Assembly (NCBI GenBank): GCA_947460365.1
Contig: CANHJH010000001.1
Location: forward strand, 1 to 43,619
Reading direction: 5' to 3'
Length of the DNA: 43,619 nt
DNA from: Sphingobacteriia bacterium
GTDB lineage: Bacteria > Bacteroidota > Bacteroidia > Chitinophagales > Chitinophagaceae
The translations under genes and the position numbers were made by a program. Each line of letters starts with the position of its first letter. Position 1 is the first letter of the stretch. The notes beneath the pieces are model-generated. The model searched no databases. It saw only the letters and a list, made by a program, of their open reading frames with translations, and had not been told where the DNA came from. Positions 16,261 through 25,750 of this stretch are shown here, in pieces.

Positions 16261-19032
16261 TTATCTATTTGGTAAAAAAATTGCTCCGGTATTCTTTCCG
16301 CTTTTATTTAGGATATACAGAAATGAAAACATGAAATACCTGCTTAATACATTAAATCTGCTGTCTTCAACATATTGCTGATTGGCTACTCTACTGATTC
16401 CAACATTTTGACTCAGCACATCATACGCAGTTAGTTTTACTTCTCCACGTTTATTCTTCAGAAAACTTTTTGAAATAGATGCTGTCCAGTAAGGTATGGT
16501 AGTATTGAAGCCCGCAGCCCTCCCACTATTTATGGTATAGGTAAGGTTGTTGAATAAGTTAATATTCCCCGGCAAATAATTGGTCATTTCTATTGTAAAA
16601 GCTTTCTGAAGAAAGGTATTATTGAAAGCAGGTTGAAGCGTATAAACCGCTTTACTGAAATTCCATTTGGCTGAAGCATACACCAATAGTTTATTGTCGA
16701 GCGCAAAGTTCCAACTCAGGCTAGTATTAAAGGATTGATTGGTCAACTTGTTTGTATAACCATTTATAAAAGTTGGTGATTCATTGTAGTTCATGCCTAT
16801 TCCAAAATTAACAGTAGATAGTAATCGGCGCAACCCCAAGCTCGTATTGATATTCACTAATGCATTAACAGCACCATCCGTATTAACCGGGGTAGTTGTT
16901 CTTTGTCCGGTCTTTGCAATTAAATCCGATTGTACGATGGCATTATTTGTTTGATTAATAGAAGCTATCATAAATAAATTGCTTCTTTTGGGGATATTAA
17001 TGTGTGTGAATTGCGCAGACAGCGATTGAATATAGGATCTTTTAAGATCAGGATTTCCCTGATAGATATTTAGTGGGTCAGCAATATCCGCTACTGGCTG
17101 CAGTTGAGTTGCCGAAGGCATTTGCGTATTGGTACTATAGGTAAGGTATAGATTTGTTTTTGAACTTACAGTAAAACGCAAATCAGCCGATGGAAGAATA
17201 TCGTTAAAAGATTGATGCAGTGTATTCCCAACTGATTTGTTCTCGCTGGTAAGTGAAGATTGCTGCATACTTGCTGCAAATCCGGTATGGATCTTTTTAA
17301 TGTTCGACCTAAATCTGATGGTACCCCCTGTTGCATCTTGATTCATACTAAACATATTTGTTAAGCTGGTGTTGGCAATGTCAAATTTCCCGTTTTGTGG
17401 ATTGTAATTCAGGGTTTGCCTATCACTGCTACCCTTGCTGCTATTGTAATATCCGGTTAACTCCATCAATGTTCGTTTACCCAATTGCTCGGTAAAGGTG
17501 ATCGATCCATTGAATAAATTGGATAGAACATTCAACCTATTGCGCTGATTAAATGTTGAATCACTTGATGGAACGCCAAGTGTAAAAAAACGATTTTCTG
17601 TGCGTAAATTACCGGATGATTTATCTTCATTGTATCCAACCATAACATTTGATGAAAAAGTTCTACCCTTTTTTCTAAATCGTTTACGAAACAATATATT
17701 ATTCTTGAACATCAGTCGGTCCGTAATATTATTCCTATCCGTAAAACCATTATTAAGCAACTGGTTATCTGTTGTGTATGATTTAAATGTATTGAAGGCA
17801 GTAAGCGCTTCTTTTTGAAGTGAAAGTTGTGGACTGATCCGTATAGAATGAAAGCTGTCAATTTTTTGATCGATACTTGCATTGAACCGTTGTTGTTGAG
17901 TTGATTGATTGTTTTCTGATTCAGAAATATTTGTAAAATTATTACCTGGAAATAAATTATTTCGAAGACTGTTCTTTGCTGCATGTAATTGAATAGTACT
18001 CAATTGAAGACTGGCATTAATATCTGTTTTCTTTTTCCGGCTATCGTTGATGTTGAGCCCGCCTGCATAGGTATTGGCAATACCTTGTTGTTGATTGCCC
18101 ATATCTGATACGGGTAAACCTAAATCACCCGCATTAATCATCGTTGAACCGGAACTGAGCAACGACTGATTAAAGCTAAGCATATCTGTGAGGGCAAAAC
18201 CCCGTTTGTTGGTATTATTAGCCATGCCAATAAATGAAAGTTGTTGATCGGTATTAAAGCGATTAATGGTTGCCTGACCGTCCAATCTTTCCTGTGTTCC
18301 ACCTGCCATTGAAGTCCTTCCAAAAACAGCTTTGAGTTTATCCTTTTTCAGTACCAGGTTCATTGTCGTTTCTGTTTGCCCATCATCCATACCGGTAAAT
18401 GCTGACCTGTCCGATTTCTTCTCATATACCTGTACCTTATCTAACCAATCGGCATTAAGATTTTGTGTAGCCATTTTAGGGTTGCCGGTAAAGAACAGTT
18501 TGCCATTTACCAGCACATTTCTTACAATTTTTCCGTTGAAGCGTACATTCCCTTCTTGGTCAACCGTTACTCCCGGCATTCGTTTAAGCATGTCTTCCAC
18601 AACAGCGTTTGGCGGTGTTTTATAATTTTCGGTATTGAACTGTATGGTATCATTGTACAATTCAACCGGAGGTCGTTTAGCTGTAACTAATACACTATCT
18701 AACGTTGATATTTCTTTCAGAAACAATGAATCAACATCGAACGATTGATGCTTGTTTACCACAATATCTTTCCAAAGCGGCGCATAACCAACATAAGATA
18801 TAGATAGCGTTAAATGTCCGTTAGCAAGCAATGGAATAGAAAATCGGCCGGTAGTATCACTAACAGTAACAAAGAGCACACTGGAGTCTTCATTTTTAAT
18901 TAATGATACGGTGGAATAAGCTAGCGGTTTTTTGAGAGACTTGCTAAATATTTTGCCTGATATCGAATAATGTTGGGCAATTAGCAAAAAAGAACAATGT
19001 AGCGACAAAGTCAATAAAATTATTTTAAGCAT
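16261..19032 (-). CDS. Outer-membrane beta-barrel protein (TonB-receptor-like) with N-terminal carboxypeptidase-regulatory-like domain
   Basis: Signal peptide; ISYVGY; VEDMLKRMPGVTVD...VLVNGKLFF plug-like region; GNPDLK; C-terminal RYFMFSFLY. Confidence 0.88.
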   Translation of the reverse strand: MLKIILLTLSLHCSFLLIAQHYSISGKIFSKSLKKPLAYSTVSLIKNEDSSVLFVTVSDTTGRFSIPLLANGHLTLSISYVGYAPLWKDIVVNKHQSFDVDSLFLKEISTLDSVLVTAKRPPVELYNDTIQFNTENYKTPPNAVVEDMLKRMPGVTVDQEGNVRFNGKIVRNVLVNGKLFFTGNPKMATQNLNADWLDKVQVYEKKSDRSAFTGMDDGQTETTMNLVLKKDKLKAVFGRTSMAGGTQERLDGQATINRFNTDQQLSFIGMANNTNKRGFALTDMLSFNQSLLSSGSTMINAGDLGLPVSDMGNQQQGIANTYAGGLNINDSRKKKTDINASLQLSTIQLHAAKNSLRNNLFPGNNFTNISESENNQSTQQQRFNASIDQKIDSFHSIRISPQLSLQKEALTAFNTFKSYTTDNQLLNNGFTDRNNITDRLMFKNNILFRKRFRKKGRTFSSNVMVGYNEDKSSGNLRTENRFFTLGVPSSDSTFNQRNRLNVLSNLFNGSITFTEQLGKRTLMELTGYYNSSKGSSDRQTLNYNPQNGKFDIANTSLTNMFSMNQDATGGTIRFRSNIKKIHTGFAASMQQSSLTSENKSVGNTLHQSFNDILPSADLRFTVSSKTNLYLTYSTNTQMPSATQLQPVADIADPLNIYQGNPDLKRSYIQSLSAQFTHINIPKRSNLFMIASINQTNNAIVQSDLIAKTGQRTTTPVNTDGAVNALVNINTSLGLRRLLSTVNFGIGMNYNESPTFINGYTNKLTNQSFNTSLSWNFALDNKLLVYASAKWNFSKAVYTLQPAFNNTFLQKAFTIEMTNYLPGNINLFNNLTYTINSGRAAGFNTTIPYWTASISKSFLKNKRGEVKLTAYDVLSQNVGISRVANQQYVEDSRFNVLSRYFMFSFLYILNKSGKNTGAIFLPNR

Positions 19033-19048
19033 ATACAGTGATTTCAGC

Positions 19049-19056
19049 CAAAGCTA
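19049..19056 (-). promoter_or_regulatory. -7 promoter element for the barrel gene
   Basis: Minus strand TAGCTTTG, 16 nt before ATG 19032. Confidence 0.6.
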
Positions 19057-19098
19057 TTCAGCACATGCTGTAGATGTCGTTAAGAAAGATGATATTAG

Positions 19099-19139
19099 GG
19101 TTAATTATGGTTAACATAATTGATTAACCATAATTAACC
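19099..19139. promoter_or_regulatory. Inverted pair of TTAACC-N4-TTAACC boxes in a divergent promoter
   Basis: ggttaattatggttaa (19099-19114) and ttaaccataattaacc (19124-19139) are exact reverse complements; 14/16 match to 15363-15378. Confidence 0.7.
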
Positions 19140-19171
19140 TATTGTTAGCATTAAAAGTTATAAAATTGTTC

Positions 19172-20350
19172 ATGCGTTATTTGTTCATCATCTTTATTGT
19201 TATCGCTGTAAGCGGAAATGCCCAAAACAAAATAGTTGGATATGTTTTTGATGCACAGCAGCATGTTCCCTTATTGAATGCCAGTGTTTTTTTAAACAAC
19301 ACTTCCATAGGAACCCAAACTAATGATAAAGGTTATTTTGAATTAATAGTACCTGCGGGTAAATTCGAGTTAATTGTGTCTTCCATAGGTTATCAAACCT
19401 ATCAGCAGGTTATTAATGCGCCAACTAATTTACCACTAAACATCATACTTCATCAAAAAATTGAAACGCTCGATGAGGTTGTGGTGGTATCAGATGCTTA
19501 TGAAAAAGATGGTTGGAAGAAATGGGGCAAATGGTTTTATGAACAATTTATAGGCACATCATCATTTGGAAAAAGATGTAAGATAAAAAATCCTGAAGTG
19601 ATAAGATTTAGGATTTCACCCAACAAGCAATTAATGACGGTTATCGCTAAAGCCCCCTTAATCATAGAAAATAAAGCTTTAGGATATAATATCCGATACC
19701 AGTTAGAAGTATTTCAATACGAGTTTGTAAAGCAAAGATTATTTTATGCAGGGTTTCCATTTTTTGAACAGATGAAAGGAGGAACTCGTCAATTACAAAG
19801 ATGGAAACGCAACAGAGCAGATGCTTATGATGGTTCAGCCCTGCATTTTATGCGATCATTGTACAAAGATCAATTAACAGAAGTGGGTTATGATATGCGT
19901 TACTTGTTTAAATACCGCAACGAAGAAAAAGAAAGAGTAAAACAGGTATACAAAAAGCGCATATTAACACAGGGAAGTGTTATTGATTTGGGAGGCGATA
20001 GTTCAGCATATTATCAGCGTATTTTACAACAACCCGATATTAGAACTGAAACAGGTAAAAATCAGTTAACGAGAGATAGTATTGGGTTTATGAATGATTC
20101 TTCCGCATTTGTTTTCAACAACAAACAGTATATACAGGTATATTACAAAAACAAGCCTGTTCCAATGGCATATCAAGCATTGTATCCCAAATCAAATGCA
20201 ATATGGCTATCCGAGTTGGTTTTAATTAATCAACAACCCATAGAACTCTATCAAAATGGCGCGTATTACAGTCCAACAGATTTAATGTTAATTGGATTTT
20301 GGGCATGGTGGGAGAAGATTGGTACTTTGCTGCCGGTAGATTATAACTAA
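19172..20350 (+). CDS. Carboxypeptidase-like regulatory domain-containing secreted protein
   Basis: Signal peptide from ATG 19172; ASVFLNNTSIGT.T...G.F.L, SSIGY, LDEVVV; IENKALGY; LLPVDY end. Confidence 0.8.
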   Translation: MRYLFIIFIVIAVSGNAQNKIVGYVFDAQQHVPLLNASVFLNNTSIGTQTNDKGYFELIVPAGKFELIVSSIGYQTYQQVINAPTNLPLNIILHQKIETLDEVVVVSDAYEKDGWKKWGKWFYEQFIGTSSFGKRCKIKNPEVIRFRISPNKQLMTVIAKAPLIIENKALGYNIRYQLEVFQYEFVKQRLFYAGFPFFEQMKGGTRQLQRWKRNRADAYDGSALHFMRSLYKDQLTEVGYDMRYLFKYRNEEKERVKQVYKKRILTQGSVIDLGGDSSAYYQRILQQPDIRTETGKNQLTRDSIGFMNDSSAFVFNNKQYIQVYYKNKPVPMAYQALYPKSNAIWLSELVLINQQPIELYQNGAYYSPTDLMLIGFWAWWEKIGTLLPVDYN

Positions 20351-20563
20351 TGGTGCTTTATAATAGTTTAATACTACATTAGTTTTTTACTCGTGTATAT
20401 TTTTATTCAATTTATTTCAACCTCATCTTTTATCATTTCTTGTGTTAATTTATATGATACACTTAACTTTCATTTGATTTTTAGTAGTTTACAAATAAAT
20501 TATTTTGTTATATTATATTAATTCATAACTTGCATTTTCTTTTAATCAACTAAATACATTTTC

Positions 20564-20857
20564 ATGAAAAAACACGTTACAAATTTCGTTCTTCTTTGCG
20601 TTTTATGTGTGTCATTGTCTTCATGTTACACTCAATCTTACGCTGTAGGTAGTGGAGCACAAACTGGTGTTACAGTAAAAGAGAAAAACCATTATCTTAT
20701 TGGAGGCCTTGCACCATTAAAAACTGCAAATCCAACTAAAATGGCTGGTGATGCAAAAAATTATGAAGTTACTACTACCCATTCTTTTGTTGATGGTTTA
20801 GTTAATTTATTAACAGCAGGTATATACACTCCAACAACAACAATTGTAAAAAAATAG
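20564..20857 (+). CDS. Bor/Iss-like lipoprotein
   Basis: Lipobox LSSC; NHYLIGGL; SFVDGLVNLLTAGIYTP resembles Bor TFVNGLLGFITLGIYTP. Confidence 0.75.
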   Translation: MKKHVTNFVLLCVLCVSLSSCYTQSYAVGSGAQTGVTVKEKNHYLIGGLAPLKTANPTKMAGDAKNYEVTTTHSFVDGLVNLLTAGIYTPTTTIVKK

Positions 20858-20874
20858 TCCAATTAGTTTTATAC

Positions 20875-20909
20875 AAAAAAAGGATCTTTATTAAAGATCC
20901 TTTTTTTTT
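20875..20909 (+). terminator. Rho-independent terminator (A- and T-flanked, possibly bidirectional)
   Basis: aaaaaaaggatcttta-t-taaagatccttttttttt. Confidence 0.88.
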
Positions 20910-21155
20910 GGTTTAATTTGAATAAATGAAGTTTTTATAAGATCCCTGCATCGGCTGAATCAAATTTCATCCCCTTAAAATTTGTTTATAAACCTAAAAA
21001 TTGAGCGAAATCAGCCCCACAAGTATCATCCATATTATGATAAATGGTATAAATGCGTATTTAATGAGTTTCTTTTTTCAGGGTAATCTTTTATTACGAT
21101 AAAAATAAAAAAGAGGTCGACTTAAAAGTATAAAACACGCTAAAATCACCCTCTT

Positions 21156-21181
21156 TGTGGTCTCGCCCAGGATCGAACTGG
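21156..21181 (-). repeat. att-like duplication of the tRNA-Arg 3' end
   Basis: tgtggtctcgcccaggatcgaactgg is identical to 22125-22150 (26/26). Confidence 0.92.
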
Positions 21182-21232
21182 TTGATAAAGCATCCGATTA
21201 TGTATCTTGTTATTGGTTGAATACTCCACACA

Positions 21233-21775
21233 TCATAACCAATCTGTGCCATTATATGTTATTTTAAACATTTCTTGTATCTCATTAATTGAATGTACGC
21301 TTCTATTATTATATAATAGATAACTACTAATTTCATCATTATTGTAATGTGAAAATGTTTGCTGACCAAATTTAATTGGTATTATATGACAATACAGCCG
21401 GTATCGTTGTGTACAATATAAATTTTCTAATTTTTTGGATTTTGGGTCATAAGTTCTTGCAGCTGCAAAAGCAAATGATGCAGTTGGAAATGATTGTAGC
21501 AATAAGGGAATCACTTTTGCGCAGGTCATCATGATATTACCCAAATCTCCTTTATTTACAACTAAAGAATATTTATAATCGCTATTACGATGTTTTTTGC
21601 AATAGAATTTTATAGTGAATACTTCAGCTTGATGATATTCTGCTCTTACTATATAGTGGTGATGTGTAACGGGAGAATAAAACTTATAAATATAATTTGC
21701 AAGATGTGCTGAATCATCATGACAGGTCTCACTCTGAATAAAGTTTAAGTCATAACCTGAATAATTAAAATTCAA
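21233..21775 (-). CDS. Hypothetical protein, 180 aa (islet cargo)
   Basis: Intact ORF; TTG start overlaps the upstream TGA stop (TTGA); no signal peptide or TM; no motif I can name. Confidence 0.75.
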   Translation of the reverse strand: MNFNYSGYDLNFIQSETCHDDSAHLANYIYKFYSPVTHHHYIVRAEYHQAEVFTIKFYCKKHRNSDYKYSLVVNKGDLGNIMMTCAKVIPLLLQSFPTASFAFAAARTYDPKSKKLENLYCTQRYRLYCHIIPIKFGQQTFSHYNNDEISSYLLYNNRSVHSINEIQEMFKITYNGTDWL

Positions 21776-21963
21776 GGGACTAATAACTTAATATCCGAAT
21801 GATTTTCAATAAGTTTAAGTGCAGAAGACTTTTTGGTATCAACGGGGTGAAGAATACAATTTTTTAAAGTAAAAGCTGCAGATTTTGTCTGCTTAGCGGA
21901 AGCATCTGACCATTTAAGTCGAATTCCCTTAGTAGTTTTATTTAATTTAGTGTTTTTCAACAT
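21772..21963 (-). CDS. Small basic hypothetical protein, 63 aa (islet cargo)
   Basis: ATG start, Lys-rich, 4-nt overlap with the downstream gene. Confidence 0.55.
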   Translation of the reverse strand: MLKNTKLNKTTKGIRLKWSDASAKQTKSAAFTLKNCILHPVDTKKSSALKLIENHSDIKLLVP

Positions 21964-22126
21964 ATATTAAAGTTACATAATTTTGTCTCAATTTGCAAAA
22001 AAGCAAATTAAATCGCATAAAAATGCATGGCTGATATAAAATTTGCTAATTATTTTGTTCTAGTATGTTAATCAATAATTGGATTTGCTTTCCTTAAAGA
22101 TTATTGCAAAGTTTCAATCATTACTG

Positions 22127-22198
22127 TGGTCTCGCCCAGGATCGAACTGGGATCTAAAGTTTAGGAAACTTCTATTCTATCCATTGAACTACAAGACC
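22127..22198 (-). tRNA. tRNA-Arg(CCT)
   Basis: Minus strand GGTCTTG-TAGTTCAATGGATAGAATA-GAAGT-TTCCTAA-ACTTT-AGATC-CCAGTTCGATCCTGGG-CGAGACC-A; cloverleaf with anticodon CCT; CCA not encoded. Confidence 0.95.
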
Positions 22199-22347
22199 TC
22201 ACCGATATTTTTCCGATTGCCGCAAAATTAGTAGTTTTAAGTAGTACATCATCAATAAAACCAAATCTAAATAAACAAAATGGTTAGTGCTATTCCATGT
22301 ACTTTTAATCGTTCATCCATCACCCATCACTCCATCAATTCCCTAAT

Positions 22348-22800
22348 ATGATCCGCCATTTGTTATTACACATACTATTCATTACCCTTACTACCAATAT
22401 AATTGCGCAGCCCAAGCCTAAGGCAACCATTAATCATATTGCGCAAACTGTTGTAAACCTGCAGCAAGCCGCTCACTTCTATTCCAATATTATTGGGTTA
22501 GATACCATACCCGAACCATTCCACGACGGGTTACATATTTGGTATGCCATAGGCTCCAAAGCCGCCCTACACATTATTGGAGGTGCTCCACAAATTGTTC
22601 CGCATTATAAAGGTCATCATCTTTGTTTTACCGTGCCCTCTGTAACCCAACAAATTGAAGTACTTAAAGCCAACGGTATAAAATGGGAAGACTGGGCAGG
22701 AACGCCTTACGCAACCACCAATAGGGTAGATGGCGTAAAACAAATTTACCTACAAGACCCCGATGGGTATTGGCTGGAAATTAACGATGCGAAGGAATAG
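22348..22800 (+). CDS. Secreted VOC/glyoxalase family protein
   Basis: Signal peptide; INHIA, FY..IIGL, LHII, HHLCF, QIYLQDPDGYWLEIN. Confidence 0.9.
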   Translation: MIRHLLLHILFITLTTNIIAQPKPKATINHIAQTVVNLQQAAHFYSNIIGLDTIPEPFHDGLHIWYAIGSKAALHIIGGAPQIVPHYKGHHLCFTVPSVTQQIEVLKANGIKWEDWAGTPYATTNRVDGVKQIYLQDPDGYWLEINDAKE

Positions 22801-24375
22801 TTATTTGCCGGGCTGTTTCAATTGCCAGCCCGTCTTTTTCTTTTCTTCGTCTACTATGGCCTTCACATCGGCCAATAGTTTTTTAGCGTCGTAAATAATG
22901 CCATCTTTTATGGTATAGCTAACGCCCCCTTTTCTAATCACTTCATTGTTATCATTCAATTCTATTGCTCCGGTTCCATACAATAATTGCAAGTTCTGCA
23001 AAGGATTGCCATTTACTACGCATAGGTCAGCCAGTTTGCCCACTTCAATAGATCCAATTTCTTTGTCTGCCCCTAAAGCCTGTGCAGCATATAAGGTAGC
23101 TGATCGTATTACCTCTAATGGGTGAAAACCCGCTTCACGCAGTAGTTCCAGCTCTCTAATATAGCCAAAGCCATACAGTTGATAAATAAATCCATTGTCG
23201 GATCCGGCAGTAACCCTGCCCCCTCTGTTTTTATATTCATTTACAAAAGTCATCCAGAGCTGATAATTCTTTTTCCAAGTAACTTCCTGTTCGGTACCCC
23301 AGCTATGCCAGTAAGAACCATGTGATACCCTGCTGGGCGCATAAAATTTCCAAAGAGAGGGGAGAGTATACTCTTCATGCCATTCCGCCCTTCTGGCGCG
23401 CATCAAATCTCTATTTGCTTCGTAAATATTAAAAGTAGGGTCTAGTGTAAAATCATAGGAAATTAGCTCATTCATTACTTTATTCCACTTCTCGCTATAA
23501 GGTGCTGCCGCCTGTGCCCAAAGCTTACCGGCCTCTTCAAATCGATGTTGTTCGTTGTTGTAATTGTAGTCTGCCGGATAGTTCTGTATCGTTTTGTTTT
23601 CAAAAAGCGCTTCGGGTAATCCATACCAATGTTCCATACTAGTCATACCCGCTTTGGCTGAGTTAACCACATTCCAACGGGCAACATCTAGCTGGGCATG
23701 GTGACAAGTACTGCGCAGTCCAATGCGCTTATTTTCTCTGATAGCAGCATCCATCACTTCCGGAGATGCTCCAAAAAATTTAATACCATCGGCACCCTTC
23801 GCGGCATTTTCATTCACCCAAGTTTTTGCTTGTTCAGCAGTAACAATAGGATTTTTGCTACCCATACCAAATGCAGTGTAGGCATATATTCGGGGAGCAG
23901 TAATGGTGTTGGCTGCACTTTTCTTTTTATGATCCAATACCCACTCTAAACCATTGCCGGTAGAGGGGTCTTTAATAGTAGTAATACCGTGTGCCATCCA
24001 TAATTTAAATACGTATTCTGCTGGCGTGCCTTGCTCGGTACCACCAATATGACCATGCATATCGATCAATCCGGGTAACACATACATGCCTTCGCAATTC
24101 ATTTCTTTACCGCCTGCTTTTAACACAGGGCGCCTTTTATCGTTAATAGGCACACCCGGACTACCAACCGTTGCGATTTTTACAATCTTGTTTTGCTCAA
24201 TCACTAAATCAACCGGACCAAAAGCAGGTGAGCCTGTACCATTAATTACGGTTACGCCCCTTAAAATCAATTGGGTATAAGGCCCATCGCCCTCTTTTCT
24301 ATTGGGAGATGGAGTAATCTGCGCTTGTAAAAAAAGTAGGGTACAGCTTAAAAGCGTGGAAAAAAGCAATTTCAT
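22801..24375 (-). CDS. Secreted metal-dependent amidohydrolase
   Basis: Signal peptide; PGLIDMHGH, DGIKFF, EHW, GSD, GSIEVGKLADL. Confidence 0.9.
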   Translation of the reverse strand: MKLLFSTLLSCTLLFLQAQITPSPNRKEGDGPYTQLILRGVTVINGTGSPAFGPVDLVIEQNKIVKIATVGSPGVPINDKRRPVLKAGGKEMNCEGMYVLPGLIDMHGHIGGTEQGTPAEYVFKLWMAHGITTIKDPSTGNGLEWVLDHKKKSAANTITAPRIYAYTAFGMGSKNPIVTAEQAKTWVNENAAKGADGIKFFGASPEVMDAAIRENKRIGLRSTCHHAQLDVARWNVVNSAKAGMTSMEHWYGLPEALFENKTIQNYPADYNYNNEQHRFEEAGKLWAQAAAPYSEKWNKVMNELISYDFTLDPTFNIYEANRDLMRARRAEWHEEYTLPSLWKFYAPSRVSHGSYWHSWGTEQEVTWKKNYQLWMTFVNEYKNRGGRVTAGSDNGFIYQLYGFGYIRELELLREAGFHPLEVIRSATLYAAQALGADKEIGSIEVGKLADLCVVNGNPLQNLQLLYGTGAIELNDNNEVIRKGGVSYTIKDGIIYDAKKLLADVKAIVDEEKKKTGWQLKQPGK

Positions 24376-24508
24376 ACGAAGGGTTGTTTAAATATTCAGC
24401 TTAAAGCTAAGGAAAAATATAAAGTTGGGAGGCTAATTGTGGTCGAAGGGCATTTCCCTAACCTGCTATAGGTTAAAACTTATTATCTTTGCTGTCCAAA
24501 TAAGGATT

Positions 24509-25159
24509 ATGAAATTTTACAATATCATTATTAAATACAGATTTTGGTTGAGTTTGGTAGCAATTGCATTAGCCATTTTTGTAAATATTACCAGTGGATT
24601 CTGGCCATCTTTTGTATTATATTTACTTGGTGTGATAGGATTAGCCAGTCATTTTTTTATAGGGCCATTGCGTCTGATTCAGGAACCAATGGAAAAAGGG
24701 GATATGGATGAGGTAGAGAAAATCCTAAAATCGGTTTGGTACCCTGGTTTATTGTATAAGCCGGTTCGATCTACCTTTTATACCATTAAAGGCAATTTGG
24801 CGATGATGAAGCAAGATTTTGATAGTGCCGAAATACATTTAAAGAAGAGTTCATCTTTGGGGGCACCCATGCCAGAAGCAGAAGGAGCCAATAAGTTACA
24901 GTTAGGCATGATGGCTATGCAAAAAGGCGATTTAAAGCAAGGAGAAAGTTATATCCGAGCTGCTATTCGTTTGGGTATTGCCGATAAAGAAAGTGAGGCC
25001 GTAGCTTACATCAGCATGTGTCAAATTTTTATGAATAAGAGAGAGTTCCGCGCTGCGCGCGAATTTTTTAGAAAGGCCAAAGCTTGCAAGCCAAAAAGTA
25101 AACAAGTAATCGACCAAATTAAAGAAGTAGAGAAATATATTTCTCGTATGCCGGGTTAA
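24509..25159 (+). CDS. Membrane protein with TPR-like C-terminal helices
   Basis: Two N-terminal TMs then TPR-like repeats; TATCTTTG at 24484-24491 supports the ATG 24509 start. Confidence 0.7.
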   Translation: MKFYNIIIKYRFWLSLVAIALAIFVNITSGFWPSFVLYLLGVIGLASHFFIGPLRLIQEPMEKGDMDEVEKILKSVWYPGLLYKPVRSTFYTIKGNLAMMKQDFDSAEIHLKKSSSLGAPMPEAEGANKLQLGMMAMQKGDLKQGESYIRAAIRLGIADKESEAVAYISMCQIFMNKREFRAAREFFRKAKACKPKSKQVIDQIKEVEKYISRMPG

Positions 25160-25184
25160 AATTTTTACTTTCGAATTTATATCC

Positions 25185-25655
25185 GTGCTTCAACTCCAAC
25201 ACATCACTTCAGACAACCATGACTTAGTAACCATCCGACAGTTGTTTACCGAATATTCCAATGAATTGGCTGTAGATCTGTGTTTTCAAAGTTTTGAAGC
25301 AGAGTTACAAAATCCGCTTAAAAAATACGGCCCTCCATCAGGAAGTTTAATCATTGCATATTGGAATAACCTGCCTGTAGGAACAGTTGCCCTCCAGGCA
25401 TTAGCAGAAGAGGGTGTTTGTGAAATGAAGCGATTGTATGTTCAAGCCAACTACCGAAAATACGGCATAGGGGAAGCCTTGGTAAAAGCAATATTGGATG
25501 ATGCCAAACAGTTGGGCTACACCAAAATGAAACTCGATACCTTAGAACGGTTAAAAGCAGCCATAGCGCTTTATCTTAAAAATGGTTTTAGTATTACTAC
25601 CGCCTACTACCACAATCCTTTACCTGAAGTGGTGTATATGGAAAAGATACTGTAA
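25185..25655 (+). CDS. GNAT family N-acetyltransferase
   Basis: CEMKRLYV...RKYGIG, MKLDTL, AIALY.KNGF, YYHNP. Confidence 0.92.
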   Translation: MLQLQHITSDNHDLVTIRQLFTEYSNELAVDLCFQSFEAELQNPLKKYGPPSGSLIIAYWNNLPVGTVALQALAEEGVCEMKRLYVQANYRKYGIGEALVKAILDDAKQLGYTKMKLDTLERLKAAIALYLKNGFSITTAYYHNPLPEVVYMEKIL

Positions 25656-25659
25656 TCAT

Positions 25660-25750
25660 CCATTCCCCATTCCCCATTATCAATTATCAATTGTCAATTG
25701 TCAATTCCCCATTATCAATTGTCAATTATCAATTGTCAATTATCCATTGC
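25660..25750. repeat. Heptamer tandem repeat, 13 units of C(A/C)ATT(AT/GT/CC/GC)
   Basis: CCATTCC x2, CCATTAT, CAATTAT, CAATTGT x2, CAATTCC, CCATTAT, CAATTGT, CAATTAT, CAATTGT, CAATTAT, CCATTGC. Confidence 0.9.

Larger units (their letters stand above)
21156..22150. mobile_element. Integrase-less genomic islet at tRNA-Arg(CCT)
   Basis: 26-bp direct repeats 969 bp apart enclose two AT-rich ORFs; no recombinase inside. Confidence 0.75.

Noticed and set aside
20953-21016. ggctga...tcagcc pairing as a structured RNA
   Set aside because: Short arms and a poorly pairing AT-rich interior; no recognisable family
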